A stretch of 64,000 nucleotides of DNA from Lama glama. Its lineage: Eukaryota. Where the stretch lies: NCBI GenBank assembly GCA_028534125.1, contig CM052829.1, positions 1,178,001 to 1,242,000 of the forward strand. The letters are read 5' to 3'. Below are positions 51,057 through 64,000 of this stretch, one piece after another (position 1 is the first letter of the stretch; every line of letters begins with the position of its first letter). The notes under the pieces are model-generated. The model searched no databases and was not told the origin of the DNA. It worked only from the letters and a program-made list of their open reading frames with translations. The translations under genes were made by a program, and so were the position numbers.

Positions 51057-51110
51057 GACGTGCTCACACCGCTACCTAGGTGCTCACCTAGGTAGCGGTG
51101 TGAGCACGTC
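51057..51110. repeat. Perfect inverted repeat: 26-bp arms, 2-nt spacer
   Basis: GACGTGCTCACACCGCTACCTAGGTG-CT-CACCTAGGTAGCGGTGTGAGCACGTC. The arms are exact reverse complements. Confidence 0.97.
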
Positions 51111-54100
51111 CCTGTATCCAGAGACGGCAGCTCGCACAGGGCGCTGAACCGGGTGCCAAACAGACTGTCGTGAGCACTCACACAGCGACAGTGACTGGCT
51201 TAGAGTCACAGTGGGCTGTACCTGGGAGTCCAGGTTAGTGTCTGATGGTTTTTAAGTCATTGATTCATGCAGGGCGGGGGCGCATATCTCCTGGGGCTTT
51301 TTCCTGGGGCAATGAATCCACGCAGCAGATGGAAATGGCCCTGGGTCTCACCTCCTGGGAGTGAGTCCCAGCCCAGCCCTCAGGTGACCTGAGGCCAAGC
51401 CATTTACAAGAAGAAGGAGGAATGCTTGGAGACTGACATAAGCCAGAGGGGACAGTCCCAATCTGGGTAACAGGGTCAGGATGCAAATCTGGTTTTAACA
51501 GGACGATCATATAAAACTCCACTTATGGGCTCAAAAATTCCAAGAACCAATGATGGGGAAACAGGCTTAACAGAATCTCTGATTCAGAAAGTGACTTGGG
51601 AAAGTGGGACCACCACACACCAGTGCCATCGGGCAAGGTTGCACCCTGCTGTTCAGTGACCGGCTGCTTCTGAGATCCTGCGTCTGGTCCCTGGCCAGGC
51701 TCGTGGAAGAGTGAGGACCACCCAGAGCTCAAGGTGGAGCCTGGGGCAGAAAGGGAAGGGGAGGCGTGGGCTGCGGTGGCTCCTCAGACTGGGGCGGGGG
51801 GGGGGCAGGCACAGGTGGGTGCGCGGCGCGCTGACGTCCACACCTCGTCTCGTCTTCTGAGTCCTCTGGACCCTGGGAGACAGAACCTGAGCCTGGGAGC
51901 AAAGGGTCTGGACAGGAAGAGTCAGGAAGGGGGTCTGACCTTCCACGACCTAGTGATCATCTTGAAAAACCTAAATAAATGGCCCATGGAAAACAGATGA
52001 TGTAAATTCTGTGGACTCATCAGTGGATGGAATTGTTAAAGTTCGCACGCGTCTCAGCCGGCATGAGCCCTGACGTCGTCCCAGGGCTCCGGCCGACAGC
52101 GTCCCTCCCAGGAAGAGCCCTCCTGATGGCAGGTCTTGTCCCGCAGTCGAGAGCGTTAGTGCCGGGCCCCAAAAGGCTCGCTTTCTCTCTCTTTTTATTG
52201 GTTAAAACTGCACGTGTATCTGTTTTCCAAAGACCAAGGACCCCCCGGCCTAGACTCTGTGTGGCGAGGGCCCTGGTGTGATGATCAGTTTGGTCCCAGG
52301 GGAGAAGGGGACCCTCCTCCCCCGTCTCTGACACCAGCACGTCCAGTGAAGGAGCGAGGTGGCCTGGACGGCAGCTCCCGCGTGTCTGGTGTGACTGGTG
52401 GGAAGTGGGGAGCCGCCTGGAGAGGGGGTCCTGACCAGTGGTGGAGACAATGGGGACTTGGCAGGGCACTGTCGGTCCGTCTGTCTGTCCTGACTCAGCT
52501 GCTTCGCTGTGAAGGCTGAGACAGTCCCTCAGAACAGGCGTGGTGACGTGTCAGTGGCTGATCCCTGAGGAGGTGGGAGGGAAGGCTGGCCGTCCGCCAC
52601 AGGCCGTGTGAGGCTGACGGCGCTTCACAGAGAGGATGCCGCGGTGGCGCTTTCCCCAGCGCACCGCCTGGACCCCAGCCCCAAACCTGGCCCTGAGATT
52701 CCAAAGCACCAGTCGCCAGCCCTACGGCATCTTACCCCTGCAGCCCCACCCACGGCAGGACGGTAACTTCTGTTTGTCAAAGGTCAGTTTTTTAATTAAT
52801 TTTAAATGTACTGTTTTGTTTTGCTTTTTTTTAAATTCTTGATTACACAGACCCAAGTCCTCCATGGAATGAATCAGCAGAAGACTGAAGACAAACGCGG
52901 CACTCAGTTCGCTGTTACCTTCATTCAGATCTTTGGAATTGCTTTTAGGATTATAAGCATAAGTGGAATTTATTTTTTATCATTTCTTTTCCATATTTGA
53001 AAGTGGTTCTTCTCATCAGTGGGGTGACTGCGTGTGATGATGTCTCTCTGTCTGAATTTGATGTCTAATCAGGGAGGGCACCAGTGAGGAAGTGAGGCAG
53101 CACCAGGAGGGTCTCTGGATTTGCAGATTTTCTCAACGTCATCAGAAGAGCTAGGAAAGAGGGGTAAAGTGAGGCCGCGGGGCTGCAGGTCGTGTGCAGA
53201 GAGATTAGCCCGCCCTGAGCTAGTCACGTCAGGCGCAAGAAACGGGTGACCAGATGCAAGTCCAGGCTCAGGTCTTCGGAAGGCGCGCACAAAAGTGGTC
53301 CCCGTGCGCACAGAGGGACAAGGGTCATCCCGTGTAGAGCCCTGAACACGGGGGTTCAGAGTCGGAGTCACCACACCCACCTGCTCAGAGCTGGAAAGAG
53401 AGAGAGAGGTGGCCAAGGTCGTCCCAAATATCACCATCCTCGAGCTGAGAAATGAAAATCACCCGTCTACCCACGCGGCGAGGTGCTGTTCCGTCCTTCC
53501 TCAGGGTGCTGGGGACACATTTCTGATGCACTTTTCCTAGAAGCACAGAAAGGGAGCTCCCGGCAGGAGCAGGGTCACACAAGAGCCAGGACAGGTCTTC
53601 CCTGAGGCCCCCGAGGCCCCAGGAGGCAGTGCCTCCTCTGTGGCTTTCCCGCAGAGGGAGGAGGGGGAAGGGCCCTGGGGGGTCCTCCTCGTCCAGCCCA
53701 GTGTCTGTCTCTCAGATGCGTTCACCTTGGCAGCTGCAGCCCCGCCGGCACAGCAGGACGCCTCGGGCCCGCGAGGGAAATGCCTGGCTTTTCCATCCAC
53801 CGGGGCTGGCATGGGACAGACCAGGGCAGCTAAGGCCGGGGCAGGTGCACAGAGCTCCTGAAGCCCAAGACGGAGACCCGCAGCGACTCACGCGCCTCGT
53901 GCCTGGACTGCTCGCTTCCGGGGCCTTGATTGTCCCGAACGGAGTAAAAGAAAACAAAACAACCTGCCTCGAGCAAGGTCAACCCCGAGACGAGAGCGGT
54001 TTTTTGGCCTTTTTGGGGGGCCAAACAACTGACGAACTTGATCTTTAAGGAGAGACTACAATCCAACCAATTTGAGACCATCCAAAACGAGGTGGGCCTA

Positions 54101-57100
54101 ACAGCCACACTGTCTACCCCAGGGCGCTCGGACCAGGGATCCAACGCAGCGCAGACCGCGGCGTCAGCCAAGCCCCGCGCGCTTTCTGGAACTTCGTTAC
54201 CATTGGAAGGCCCTGCCAGTGACCTCAAATGTTAGGAGCTGGCTTACCACCCCCCCAAAAAAGAAAAAGAAAACCTGTCACCACGTGGGCTTGCTGACGG
54301 GCGGTGTCAGCGGCACGGTGCTGGGGGCGGGGGCGCTGCAGGGGCCTGGCCACCAGCGCACCGGCCACCAGGACAGAGTGCAGCCGACGGGCCTGCAGGT
54401 GCTCTCAGGGGGAAGAGCTTGGGGTAGAGACCAGGAGACCTCTTACGGAATTCCAGCTAAAAAGGAAGTAGTGACATTAGGGGCAGCAGCTGGGGCACAG
54501 GAGAAGCAGAGGCGAGTAGCTGTGACTTGAGCAGAAGCGCTAAAGAAGGACAAAAGCCGACCGGGGCAAAGAAGGAGGTAAAAGGAGGGACGGTTGTACT
54601 GGAGGAAGAAGAAGTTCACTTCCCAGTGGGACATTTCACTTCCCCTTAAATGCCAGCTTCCCGGTTAAGGTCCCACACTAGGCCGGGCACGACGGATCTG
54701 ACTGCAGCCGCAGTGCGGCTCGTCCGCCGGGGAGGGTCCCCACGATGGAAAGTCTAAGTGCGTCTGCCAGCGAGTGCCCGTTTGCCTTTATGGCTTCTTG
54801 TCTTTCAGGCCTGACAGTGGACGTGATGTAAGCTGCCGTTTCACTCGGCTCTATTTATTTGTGTTTTATTACAAAACGCTGCTCTTTGATTTTCAGCCTG
54901 GGCTGCAAAACCACACAAAAATGCCTGTGGTTATCACTTTTAGGGTAATTTCTCCTCGGCCCACATGAAACGAGGATTTCGTTCTCTGAGACCTTTCCTC
55001 TCTTGGGCTTCAGTTAAATACTCAGTGTGTTGAGTGTTATCCAAGCTCTGGAGATGTGCAAATATTAATCACGAACTCTCGTCCCATTACCGGTCCCACC
55101 AAATGGGGAAACAGGAGGGTGACAGTTCTAGTTTCCTCTGTAAATGAACTCAGAGAATTATTTCTTAATTTTCCTGCTCTAATTCCCAAATCCTCATGGA
55201 AGTGCACTCATTCAAAGTCTGTGACTCACGAGAGTGGAACAGTGTATCTTTTAATTCAAAAATGTAAGATGTTGCCCTTGCCCCGCCTCCCAGTGTCCCA
55301 GTCTCAGTGCCAGCCCCACCGGAGAGTCCCAGCCGTCACGCAGGCTCATTTTGACGTAGAATCACTGGGAAATCTGTGCGGCTCTGAACCAGGTCAGCTT
55401 ACGTTATTCCCATCAACACCCACATGTGGCACAGTCTCAGCGAAGCTGAAGCTGCTTGCACTTTTACTTGTGGCCTTGATTTCAAATCACAATTGAAGCG
55501 CCTCGCCCAGAAGTCTGGGTTTTGGTCGCCATGTAAACGGGCTGCCTGGATGGAAACCTCTGACGGTATTTAGTTTCCCTTTCCTTAACCATCTCTGTGG
55601 CCCGTCTTCTGCTGGTGAGGGGAGTGCAGCCTTCCCAGAGCACCGGCTGTGCTCAGAGTGTCTGCAGCGGGGGGAGGCAGGCACCTCATCACTCCCCCGA
55701 GACGCCGGTGATGAGCGCGGCGGCACGCCGGGGGCCGACGTCTGCTCCCCCAACTGCCCCGCAGCTGGGGCGCTGCTCACACGGACGTTTCCTGGCAGCG
55801 GCTGCGTTAGAGTCGCTCGTGTCCGTAAGGCTCACGTTGAACGTGCATGTGAGCAAATACTGTTTCCCCATCTCCTTCCTTCTCTTTCAGAGCAAATAAA
55901 CACACACAGGGGTGGGAAACTAGTCCTAGCCCTGGCCTCGTGCTGAAGGCCAGGCAGTCTGGGAGGAGATGGTCTCAAGCGGCACATCCTTAAAGGTGGC
56001 CCCAAAACGGTGCAGGGACCCCCTCCCCGAGCCAGGGAAGAAAACCTCGCGTTGACTGTGGGAGCACCTACAGCAGTGTAGTGTCCGGGGCTCCGACAGG
56101 GCCTCTGGGATGTGGACACAGCAGAGCCTTCCTGGTTAAGCTGCTCTGAGGGTTCAGGGAGAAAACACACCCGGAGCGCCCCAGATGTGCAGAGCACGGA
56201 AACCTGGGAGGCGCTCGAGCAGGCGGCAGACCCGAGCCCCAGGGGCACCCTCCCAGGGCCACGAGAAGCCCTGGGAGGAGGCCGTTCCCCGCTGCCCTCT
56301 GAGCGTGGGCAGAATTCCACTTAGTCGGCTCTAACCTGAACCCACTGTCTCTTCCCAGGTGCTCTGCGGAAGGGGTCCCAGGTCATACTGTGCCTCGTGC
56401 TCCTGCGAAAACCAGGTCCGGGCTGACTGGTGTCTGTCAAAATCCATAGAACTGCGCCGAGGACACAGCAGACGGTGATTGTCCTCGAGGAACAGAACTA
56501 TGTAACCAACGACCTCCCCTGGCAGTTATTCCCTAGTCTCCACCATGAGCACAAATATGAGGAAAAAAATGTCAACCACTGCCATGAAAGATGGATATGG
56601 CCTGGCCTTCAAAGAAGGAAGAAATGGATGTGGCTCCAAACTGGGGTAGATTAGATACACTTCGCAGCACCACCTGTTGACTGGAAATAACACGGCGCTC
56701 AAGGAGGAGCAGACGGTTATGCAAAACGCCAGAAAGTCAAAGGAAAAACACACAGGTGTCATTTCTAAAGAATAACTTCGGTGGGATAGAAAAAAAAGAT
56801 AATTATGGTGCAAAGCAGATTCTCTTAGTCTTGGACACAAAGTAGCAGGGGGGATCAAATCCAGCGACACAGTCTGGCGTCACTGTCCCCCAAACAAAGG
56901 CCATTCAGTGCAGGGAGAGAGGAGGACAGATGTGTCACTCGAGAAGCCACGCTTCTAACCCCTAAGAGGCAGGTGCGTCTTCTTGTTTCTACATGAGAAG
57001 AAACAGTGAACAGAAGGAGGCAGAGTCGAGTTTTCTCACTTGTCTGCCCAGGGCTACCCGCCCCCACATGCTTGGACACAGCTCAGACACACCTAGGGCC

Positions 57101-57209
57101 AAGCACAGCTCTACACGTCTGTGAGCAGCAAAACCGCTGTGAGGCCAGCGACCCCACACCGGGATGACACAGCCATCAAGACCCACGACATGGCCACCAT
57201 CAGAAACGG

Positions 57210-57362
57210 TGTTAATGAGAGAACTGATGTGTTCCAGGTGTACTAAGAGCCTTCTCTTTAACCCTCACAGCCAGCTAAATGGAGGGTATCACTTTAACCC
57301 GACTTTACAGAGAAGCACACTGGAGATTCAGAAGTTAAGTCACTTGCCAGGGCCACACATCC
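57210..57362 (-). mobile_element. MIR SINE fragment
   Basis: TTTAACCCTCACAGC...CTTTACAGAGAAGCACACTGGAGATTCAGAAGTTAAGTCACTTGCCAGGGCCACAC, the MIR core. Confidence 0.65.
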
Positions 57363-58629
57363 AGGCGACACCTCGTGATCACGCCCAGCCTCCCAGGGAC
57401 GGCACTGTCTCTCTGATTTATTAAAGATCAGAAGCACATCTTGCAGAGACAAAGCCATTCCACTGGAAACAAGAGGACCCCCACCCCAATACTAGAAAGT
57501 GATCTGAAAAGACAGCAGGGCCACAGAAAAATATCCAGCACAGCCAACATTTCCTCGTGACCCTTCAACCGACTTCTTAGGGTCCTAGACTGGAGAGTCG
57601 GGTGGGGAGGAGTCTGTCAAAATGGGCTGCAGCTTTCAGTTTTTCTCCAAGATGCAAAAGCCGCACGGCATTTGATTCACGGGTATACTTTTAAGGCATA
57701 AAGTTCCCTGGGGAAGTGCAGTCAAGGTGGGGCCGGACTTGCAACACATGTGCAATCAGCTCCGGCCCCTGAATCCCACCTGTGACTGGCATCACTGCCA
57801 CCCAGGAGATCCTCAAAGCAGCCTGAGGAAGGCGGAGGAGGAAGGGTTCACAGGAAACGCTTCAATAGGAAGAGTGGAGGGGAGAAAAGAGAAGACACAC
57901 ACAGAGATTTCCGCTGCCCCAGCGACTACCGCCATATGCTGCTCTCCCTGGGGACCAGCAAGCCTAGAGGCTCCCTGAGGAGGGCGGCCAGGTGACAGCC
58001 AACTTCTGGCAATTTCAGAAAGTCTGTGGCCACCGTGGGCAACCTGCTGCTTCAGCTCGGTCATTGCGGGAATGGGTCTCAGTTTCTTTGCTGGGGCGGG
58101 GGCAGGTCTGAATGTATCTATGTGTCCATGCGTCTCTGTCTGGATTTACGTAAAATACCCTTGGATACAAACAGCGAGTATTGTTCCGTGGCCCCTCTGC
58201 TGAGATGGGCGCTCCACAGGGAAAGCCCGGCGTGTGAAAAGCCCCTTGGAGCTCCGAGTTAGCAGTTTCTAATCTACAAGTCATTTGTGAGACACAAGGC
58301 AGGGATAGGGCTGCCCCAGAAGAATTTTAGGCATGAACAATGAACTCTCCAACTCCTTCCCCTCATCCTGCTCAGAAAGAAAAAGGAGAAGGAAAAAAAA
58401 GGGCTCCGGGGACTGCTTCAGATTTGCTGAAAAGCAGAACCCGGCCTCAGCCCTGCTCCCGGGTCGGGTCGGTATTTTCGATACAATAAACGCCTTTAGG
58501 ACAGGTCCCCCGCCACTTAAAAGCATCTCCCCACCAGAGGTGTTCTCGCTCCCTTCGTGTTTTCTCAAGCACTTGTTCAAAAACACATTTAAGTGGAATG
58601 TTTTCGTTTCTGCAGATTGCATTAATTAC

Positions 58630-60140
58630 GGGTTTGCGCACACCGCGAGCCCACGAGGTCTGCCCGAGCCGGGGCTGAGACACCCGGCCCCGGGCCGGCG
58701 GCCGGCGGCTTGGCTCGGCCCCTGCGCGGAGCTCCGCGCTTGGCACGGCGCGCCTGGCGGCCGGGCCCCGCGGACAAGTCGCAGCTAAGAAAGAAAAACA
58801 CGCCGCGGTCAGCGCGGCGACCCAGGCGCTCGGGCGCACCCGGCCCCGAGGCCCCGGGGGGCGGGGGAGCGCCGGACGCGGAGCCCGCCCGGTGCCTCCA
58901 ATTTCTGCCTGCTCAGACCACGGAAAAACAGTCTTTATTTGTAATGTCATCTGCTTCTTCTAAGTTCCCTTAGGGAGGGTCTCTGGGAGGGCCAGGCGAA
59001 ACCCACCCGTGAGCGTGGCCCCTCCACCCAGCCAGCGCCAGCGGGTCGGCGCACCCACGCGCCGAGAGCCGAGTCCGTGGTCACATCGGGACGAGTGGGA
59101 CGGAGCGAGTGGGCGCCGCGTCCCCGCTGGGGCCGCCTCCGGACAGTCCGCGGGGCGGCGCCCTTGTCCCCAGACCTGGTTTCGGCGCACGGCCCTGCCC
59201 ACCCGTGAGCGGGGCAGCGCGGGACCCGCGAGTTCATCCCCCTCCCGCCCACCCACGGCGGGGGGACCCCACAGCCCGCCGCAGCCGGTGGCCTCCAGTC
59301 CCGGGCGCGCGAGCCTCGGCCCCTCCCGGGGCCCACCTGCTCCGACCGCGCGGGCGAAAGGCGGCGCCACCTCCCCGAGGGTCACCTGCTCCCCGCGCCT
59401 GGGCGCTTTGGCTGGAGGGGACCGCGGGGACCGGGCCGGACCCGGGCAGGGGGCGGCGCAGCGCCACCGCCAGGTCCCCGTGGGCCGGGACTCACCGTGA
59501 GCGCCGAGAACTTCTGCGCGGGCGCCGGCGGGAGCAGCCCGGCCAGCAGCGGCAGCCAGCAGAGCTGGGGGAGCAGCATGGTGACGGGCGCGGGACGCCG
59601 GGGATCTCGGACCCCGCGGGCGCGGGTGGCACTCGGAGCAGCGGCCGCGCCCTGAGCGCTGGCGCGGCGGCGGGGGACCCGGCGGAGGGTCTGCTCGAGG
59701 TCCTCTCCTCCACCGCTGCAGGCGGCCCGGACTCCACCAGCTGCCCTCCCTACACCCAGCGGTCCTCCGCGTCCTTTGCGGCTTCCCTGGCTCCTGTCAA
59801 ATAACTCCAGAACTTCCCGGATCCTCCTCCCGCCCGCCTGCCCGCCCTCCTCCCTCCTTCCCTCCCTCCCTCCCCCAGCCCCACCTCCCGCGCCCGCCGT
59901 CGCTGCGCCCCGCTGGCTCGCTAGGCTCCTCTCGGATGCCCGCTCTGCGGAGGGGCCGCCCCGGCGCAGGTCAGCGGGAGCGAGAGATGGAGAGGGGGCC
60001 ACCAGGGCTGTGTTGTAGCCAGTTGGTGCCGTATGCGTGCCTCTTTCTCCACGCGTGCACACACAGGCACACAGATGCACGCACACCCAAACGCGGGCGC
60101 AGCCTGGGAGAGCTCCCGGCACAACCACAAGTTGCGCTGC
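58630..60140. promoter_or_regulatory. SMOC2: CpG island / SMOC2 promoter and 5' UTR
   Basis: Very dense CpG and GC content spanning exon 1. GC boxes (CCCGCCC) near 59830-59846 and 59890. C-rich polypyrimidine tract at 59845-59890. The TSS cannot be determined from sequence alone. Confidence 0.88.
59496..59579 (-). CDS. SMOC2: SMOC2 coding exon 1 (84 nt; signal peptide MLLPQLCWLPLLAGLLPPAPAQKFSALT)
   Basis: ATG at 59579-59577 in context GTCACCATGC. The 28 codons match the known SMOC2 N-terminus. Donor ACG|GTGAGT at 59496/59495, phase 0. Lies inside a CpG island. Confidence 0.97.
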
Positions 60141-63100
60141 GCCCTCCCCTCCTTCCATCCCAGGGCCTGACCCTCTCCGCACAACCAGCCCTGAGGCCTG
60201 GTTTATCCCGCAGAGTTAACTTGAAGCCTAGGTCAGTCCCTAGCAATCCTTGGTTCTCCTGGAACGCTGGGCTCTAGTGCTACCCAGTCCAGCCCAGATT
60301 GTCGCCTCTCAAATGTGCTGATTGATTAGCTGGCTCTCCAGTAAGGGCAGCTCTCAGCGCAACACCCAACACTGGCCAGAAGGTTGACCGGAGGGTGGTG
60401 CCTGTGGCATCTTTACGTAGGTGGGTCCACCAGGGGCTTTTTCTTGGACCTAGAGACCTGGGGTTTGACTTGCGCGCCCGGGGCAAGTGTGGCAGGAATG
60501 TGGCTGCATTTAGGCAACTCTGTCAAAGCCTTTCAGGTGTTTCTGAAGCGAGCCCAGGGGTTGTAGGCTCCCCCCTGGAGACTGGTGGGAAACCCAGAGA
60601 ATTCTGCACGCCCAGACTCTGGATAGGATCCACTGCAGACAGCATTGCTGAAATAGTTTCTCCTTGGCTTACAGCTTTACAGGAAAAAGCCCTAATTCTA
60701 GCTCACAGAAAACCAAAGGAGTGAAGATTTTTGAAAACAATGCTTCAATTGACTTATCAGGGGCACCGAGCAAAAGAAGGAAACATAGAAAATCCAAATC
60801 TGATTTTTAATCCCATGTTTAATCCAAAGCTTTGGAGACGAGTTGGAGGGGTGGGCAAAGCTGTCCCAGCAAATCCTGGGACTGGTTGTTGAGACAAAGG
60901 CTCTCCTGTTGCAACCACTGGGTCCCACACGAGGAGAGAAGAGTGAGAGAAGTGACAGACGTAAGGCCGTGGGAAGACGGGGACGAAAGGTCTCTCTTGA
61001 GACAGGGCTGCTCTGTGAGTTCCCCTTCAAATTCCAGAGCCCTGAGAATCTATGAAGTACTTAAACACATTCCTCCTGGCTTGAGGGCTCAGGAGGAAAT
61101 TATAATAAAACTGGGGGCTGCTCTTGGGTCTGAGAAACAGGTGAGCCGCACAGCTGCAGATGGTTAAGTAACTAAGGAACGCCATTAGGCAACGTTAATA
61201 AAAATGAAGGCTAACATGCAGAAGTAAACACTGCATACCGCTGATTATAGGACCATCCAGAGAGGAAAATTTACACTCAAAGCTGACACGAACCCTTTCA
61301 AAGCATTTGCTACCAAAATTTTCATCTTGACTTTTGACTTTCCGGAGAGGACAAACCGATAGCCAAGCTGTTTATTTGCTATTGGGCACTTTTCTAGAGA
61401 AGCCAAAAGCCTGAAACACGTTCATTCGTTCACCCTCACAACTTCAGGATGAGGAATTAAAACAAAGGGGTGCGAATGTCTCAGCCGGATCTCATGAGCC
61501 ACGAAGTCAGGACCAGACCCCAGATGCCAGAATTTACAAACCCGGCTTTTCTGCGGCACCTCCTATGGGAGAGGGAGAAGTGGGGAGAGGCAGAAGCAGC
61601 CCCTTGGCTCTCAAGCCTTTTATGCAAGAATCTCCACACATCTCTCCCAACCAAGTCGCACATCTCACTCTGCTCAGCCACGGAACCCTCCGGGAGTCCC
61701 AGAAGACACGTGACGTGTGCTGTCCAAGACCTTGTGGGATGAGGCAGTGTTGGGTCCTTCGAAGACACTCTAACAGCAGGAGGACCTCACAGGGTCCTGG
61801 ATGCCAAGTTCTAGTTTCTCAGAGATGCTAAGAGTAGAGTTGGGAGACAGACTCAGTTTCCATTTTCATGGAAAAAAACAATACATTTAAAAAAAAAAAA
61901 AAAACACTGGGAAATGGTGAGGTCTGTCATTCTGAAGTCTCCAGGAAGGTTCTTCTGGACATGAGTGCTGGGTGAGTGCTGTGTTAGGAAGAATAAATTC
62001 CCTTAATTCAAAATGAAGACAGGAAACAATCAGCTCAGTATTTTCCAAGCTGCTCCTGGGGGACAGACAAGCCCGTTGAAGTTCTCTTCTCTTGGAAATG
62101 TGGGTTTTAAAAAAAAATTTAAAAGTGGAAAAGGGCCCGTTCCACATTGTGACTTACGGATCCAGAATTTAAGTTTTTGTCACTGATGAAAGTGACAATG
62201 ACGAGAAGCTGATAAGCCATCACTCTCTCCACCCTCCCATTTCTAAACAGGCCTCCCCTGCTAGACCAGGAGCAGGATGCCATGCAAGACGCACTGGCTC
62301 TCTTTGTAGTTTATTTCACTCAAACTGCAGAAGGGTTTCCCTTGTTGAAGGCGTGATCTAATTTCATTATGATTTCTGGCTGATTCCTGTTTGGCCAGAA
62401 TGTTTTGTCAGCCCATTTTCCCACCTCCATATGCAGAGCGTTACCCAATGCCTCTGCTGATTTCAGCATCTTCCAAAACTCACCTCAGAGTCGTCACCTG
62501 AGGGTCAGCTGAGTCGGAGTGAGGGAGCACGGACCCCTGTGTGTGCCGTGGACGTCCCCTCCACCTCACCAATCACCACCAAACACTAATTTTATTAATA
62601 TATCCTCCTAGCTCCTACTTAACTCTGGCAAGAAAGGTCTTTGAGGTTCACTCAGTTTCCCCTGGGTAAATTCTAGATAATTGTCCCCTCCTGTGTCCCT
62701 GTGGCCCTCTCACCTCTCAGAATCACCCCAGACTGAACCTCCAGACCAGGGAATCATCAGTTTCCGGAAGTCTCTGGGATTTCCGGCCTCGCCTTTGCCT
62801 GCTCACCTGGACGGCCTGTGTCTTCCCTTTAGCTTGTTCCTTTCAACCCGTTACCCTTACATCAGTCCTGGGCTTCAGCCCAGGCCCCCGACTCCAGAAA
62901 CCCGAGAGCCAAGGAGGGGGTCCTGGACAGACAGAGCAGACTCTGGACTGACCAATTTGGACAGCGCCAGCCGAGCTGGCCTCGCAGTGGCTGCAGGACG
63001 AGGTCGGCGGGACACGTTGTGTTAAAGCAGAGCCTGGGGTGGACCCTCAGCCCCTCTTCCCTGTTTGAATGCATGTAAGTAACAGGTCATCGGCATTTGT

Positions 63101-63269
63101 CTTTATTCTCAGGAAAATCATGGGGACAAGTTTCTCCCACCTCCTCACGAGGCCGTACGGTAAGTCTTACAACCACACTTTCCAGGCACTTCATGGGAAT
63201 TTTTAATCAGTTGAAATGCTCTGGGTGTTTGGTACATATCATTTAATTAATTTGAGCAGAAACTCTGCA

Positions 63270-63385
63270 AAGCCCCTATTTTACAGATTATAAAAATAAG
63301 GCCGAGGAGGTAGCAGGACCCGCCTGGATTTACACGAGTAGGAAGTGGTAGGGGCAGGGCCCTAACCTGGCCTTCCCCCAGCCCA
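63270..63385 (-). mobile_element. MIR SINE fragment
   Basis: CCCCTATTTTACAGATTATAAAAATAAGGCCGAG...GGAAGTGGTAGGG, a degenerate MIR core. Confidence 0.5.
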
Positions 63386-64000
63386 GGGCCCTCCCTCCGC
63401 TGGAGTCGGCACCTGTCAGCACAGGGACACGCCGTCCCCACAGCCGCTGCTTTGTCTGTTCCTTGGGACCCACCACCAGACAAGTGAAAAAAGCCCTTTC
63501 AGCTCTTTCCAATTCATTGGTGATGCTTCAGTCCCACCGCAGCGCTTTCCAAGGTAAGGCGTAACCTTTTTAAAGAAAGTTCAGTTTCGCAAAGCCAAAT
63601 ACAAAATTTCTACTTTTACGGTGAGAATGGCCCCTCTAAAGTTGACAGGAGACGTCTGCACTGTTCTGAAAGGACCAGAGACATCCTGGTCTAACCAAGC
63701 CACCATCAGTTCAGACACCACAGCTGCCCGCAGGCTGCACAGGCTTACTGAAATCAGTTTGTATCCAGAATACCCAGAGGCTATTTTTGCCTCTCCATTC
63801 ATGAAACCAGGTTTATTAGTATATGAAACTTACAGAATGTGACAGTCACAGAACTAAAAATAGTAATCATTCTTAAAGCTCATCACTACCGAGACTGCCG
63901 ATGGCAGAGGGCGAGAGTGCAGGGCTAACTAAATGCGCAGGGCCAGACGACTCCTGACTCAGATGCCCCAAACCACCTTTGGGTTCTCCCTCCTCCTTAG

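Larger units (their letters stand above)
15421..59495 (-). other. SMOC2: SMOC2 intron 1 (about 44 kb, includes a 500-N gap)
   Basis: GT at 59495-59494 and AG at 15422-15421 (minus strand), between exons 1 and 2. Confidence 0.9.

Noticed and set aside
63854-63863. Perfect MEF2 motif CTAAAAATAG upstream of the promoter
   Set aside because: A single AT-rich 10-mer without other support; chance occurrence is plausible.

Overview
Mammalian genomic DNA, GC- and CpG-rich. It carries the 5' part of SMOC2 (SPARC-related modular calcium-binding protein 2) on the minus strand: the CpG-island promoter and coding exon 1 (59496-59579, signal peptide), exon 2 (15249-15420, follistatin/Kazal domain) and exons 3-4 (8571-8677 and 7406-7505, first thyroglobulin type-1 domain). 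All four have GT-AG borders and splice in one open frame; the remaining exons appear to lie left of the window. Intron 1 is about 44 kb and includes a 500-N scaffold gap (33125-33624). The rest is intronic or upstream DNA with L1 3' ends of cetartiodactyl (probably camelid) type, an older L1M, MLT1 LTRs, a MER41-like solo ERV1 LTR, a Tigger1-derived element, MER5, MIRs and simple repeats. Repeat family names are from recalled consensus sequences, not a database search. Almost all ORF-track entries are GC-content artefacts. I found no convincing new multi-gene system. The most notable unexplained structures are: a perfect 54-bp palindrome (51057-51110); a 20-bp minisatellite of TGACCT nuclear-receptor half-sites beside a perfect DR1 (30856-31232); an antisense solo LTR with a TATA box and a GAS-like site; a twin-primed inverted L1; and a window-wide AT-to-GC substitution signature.
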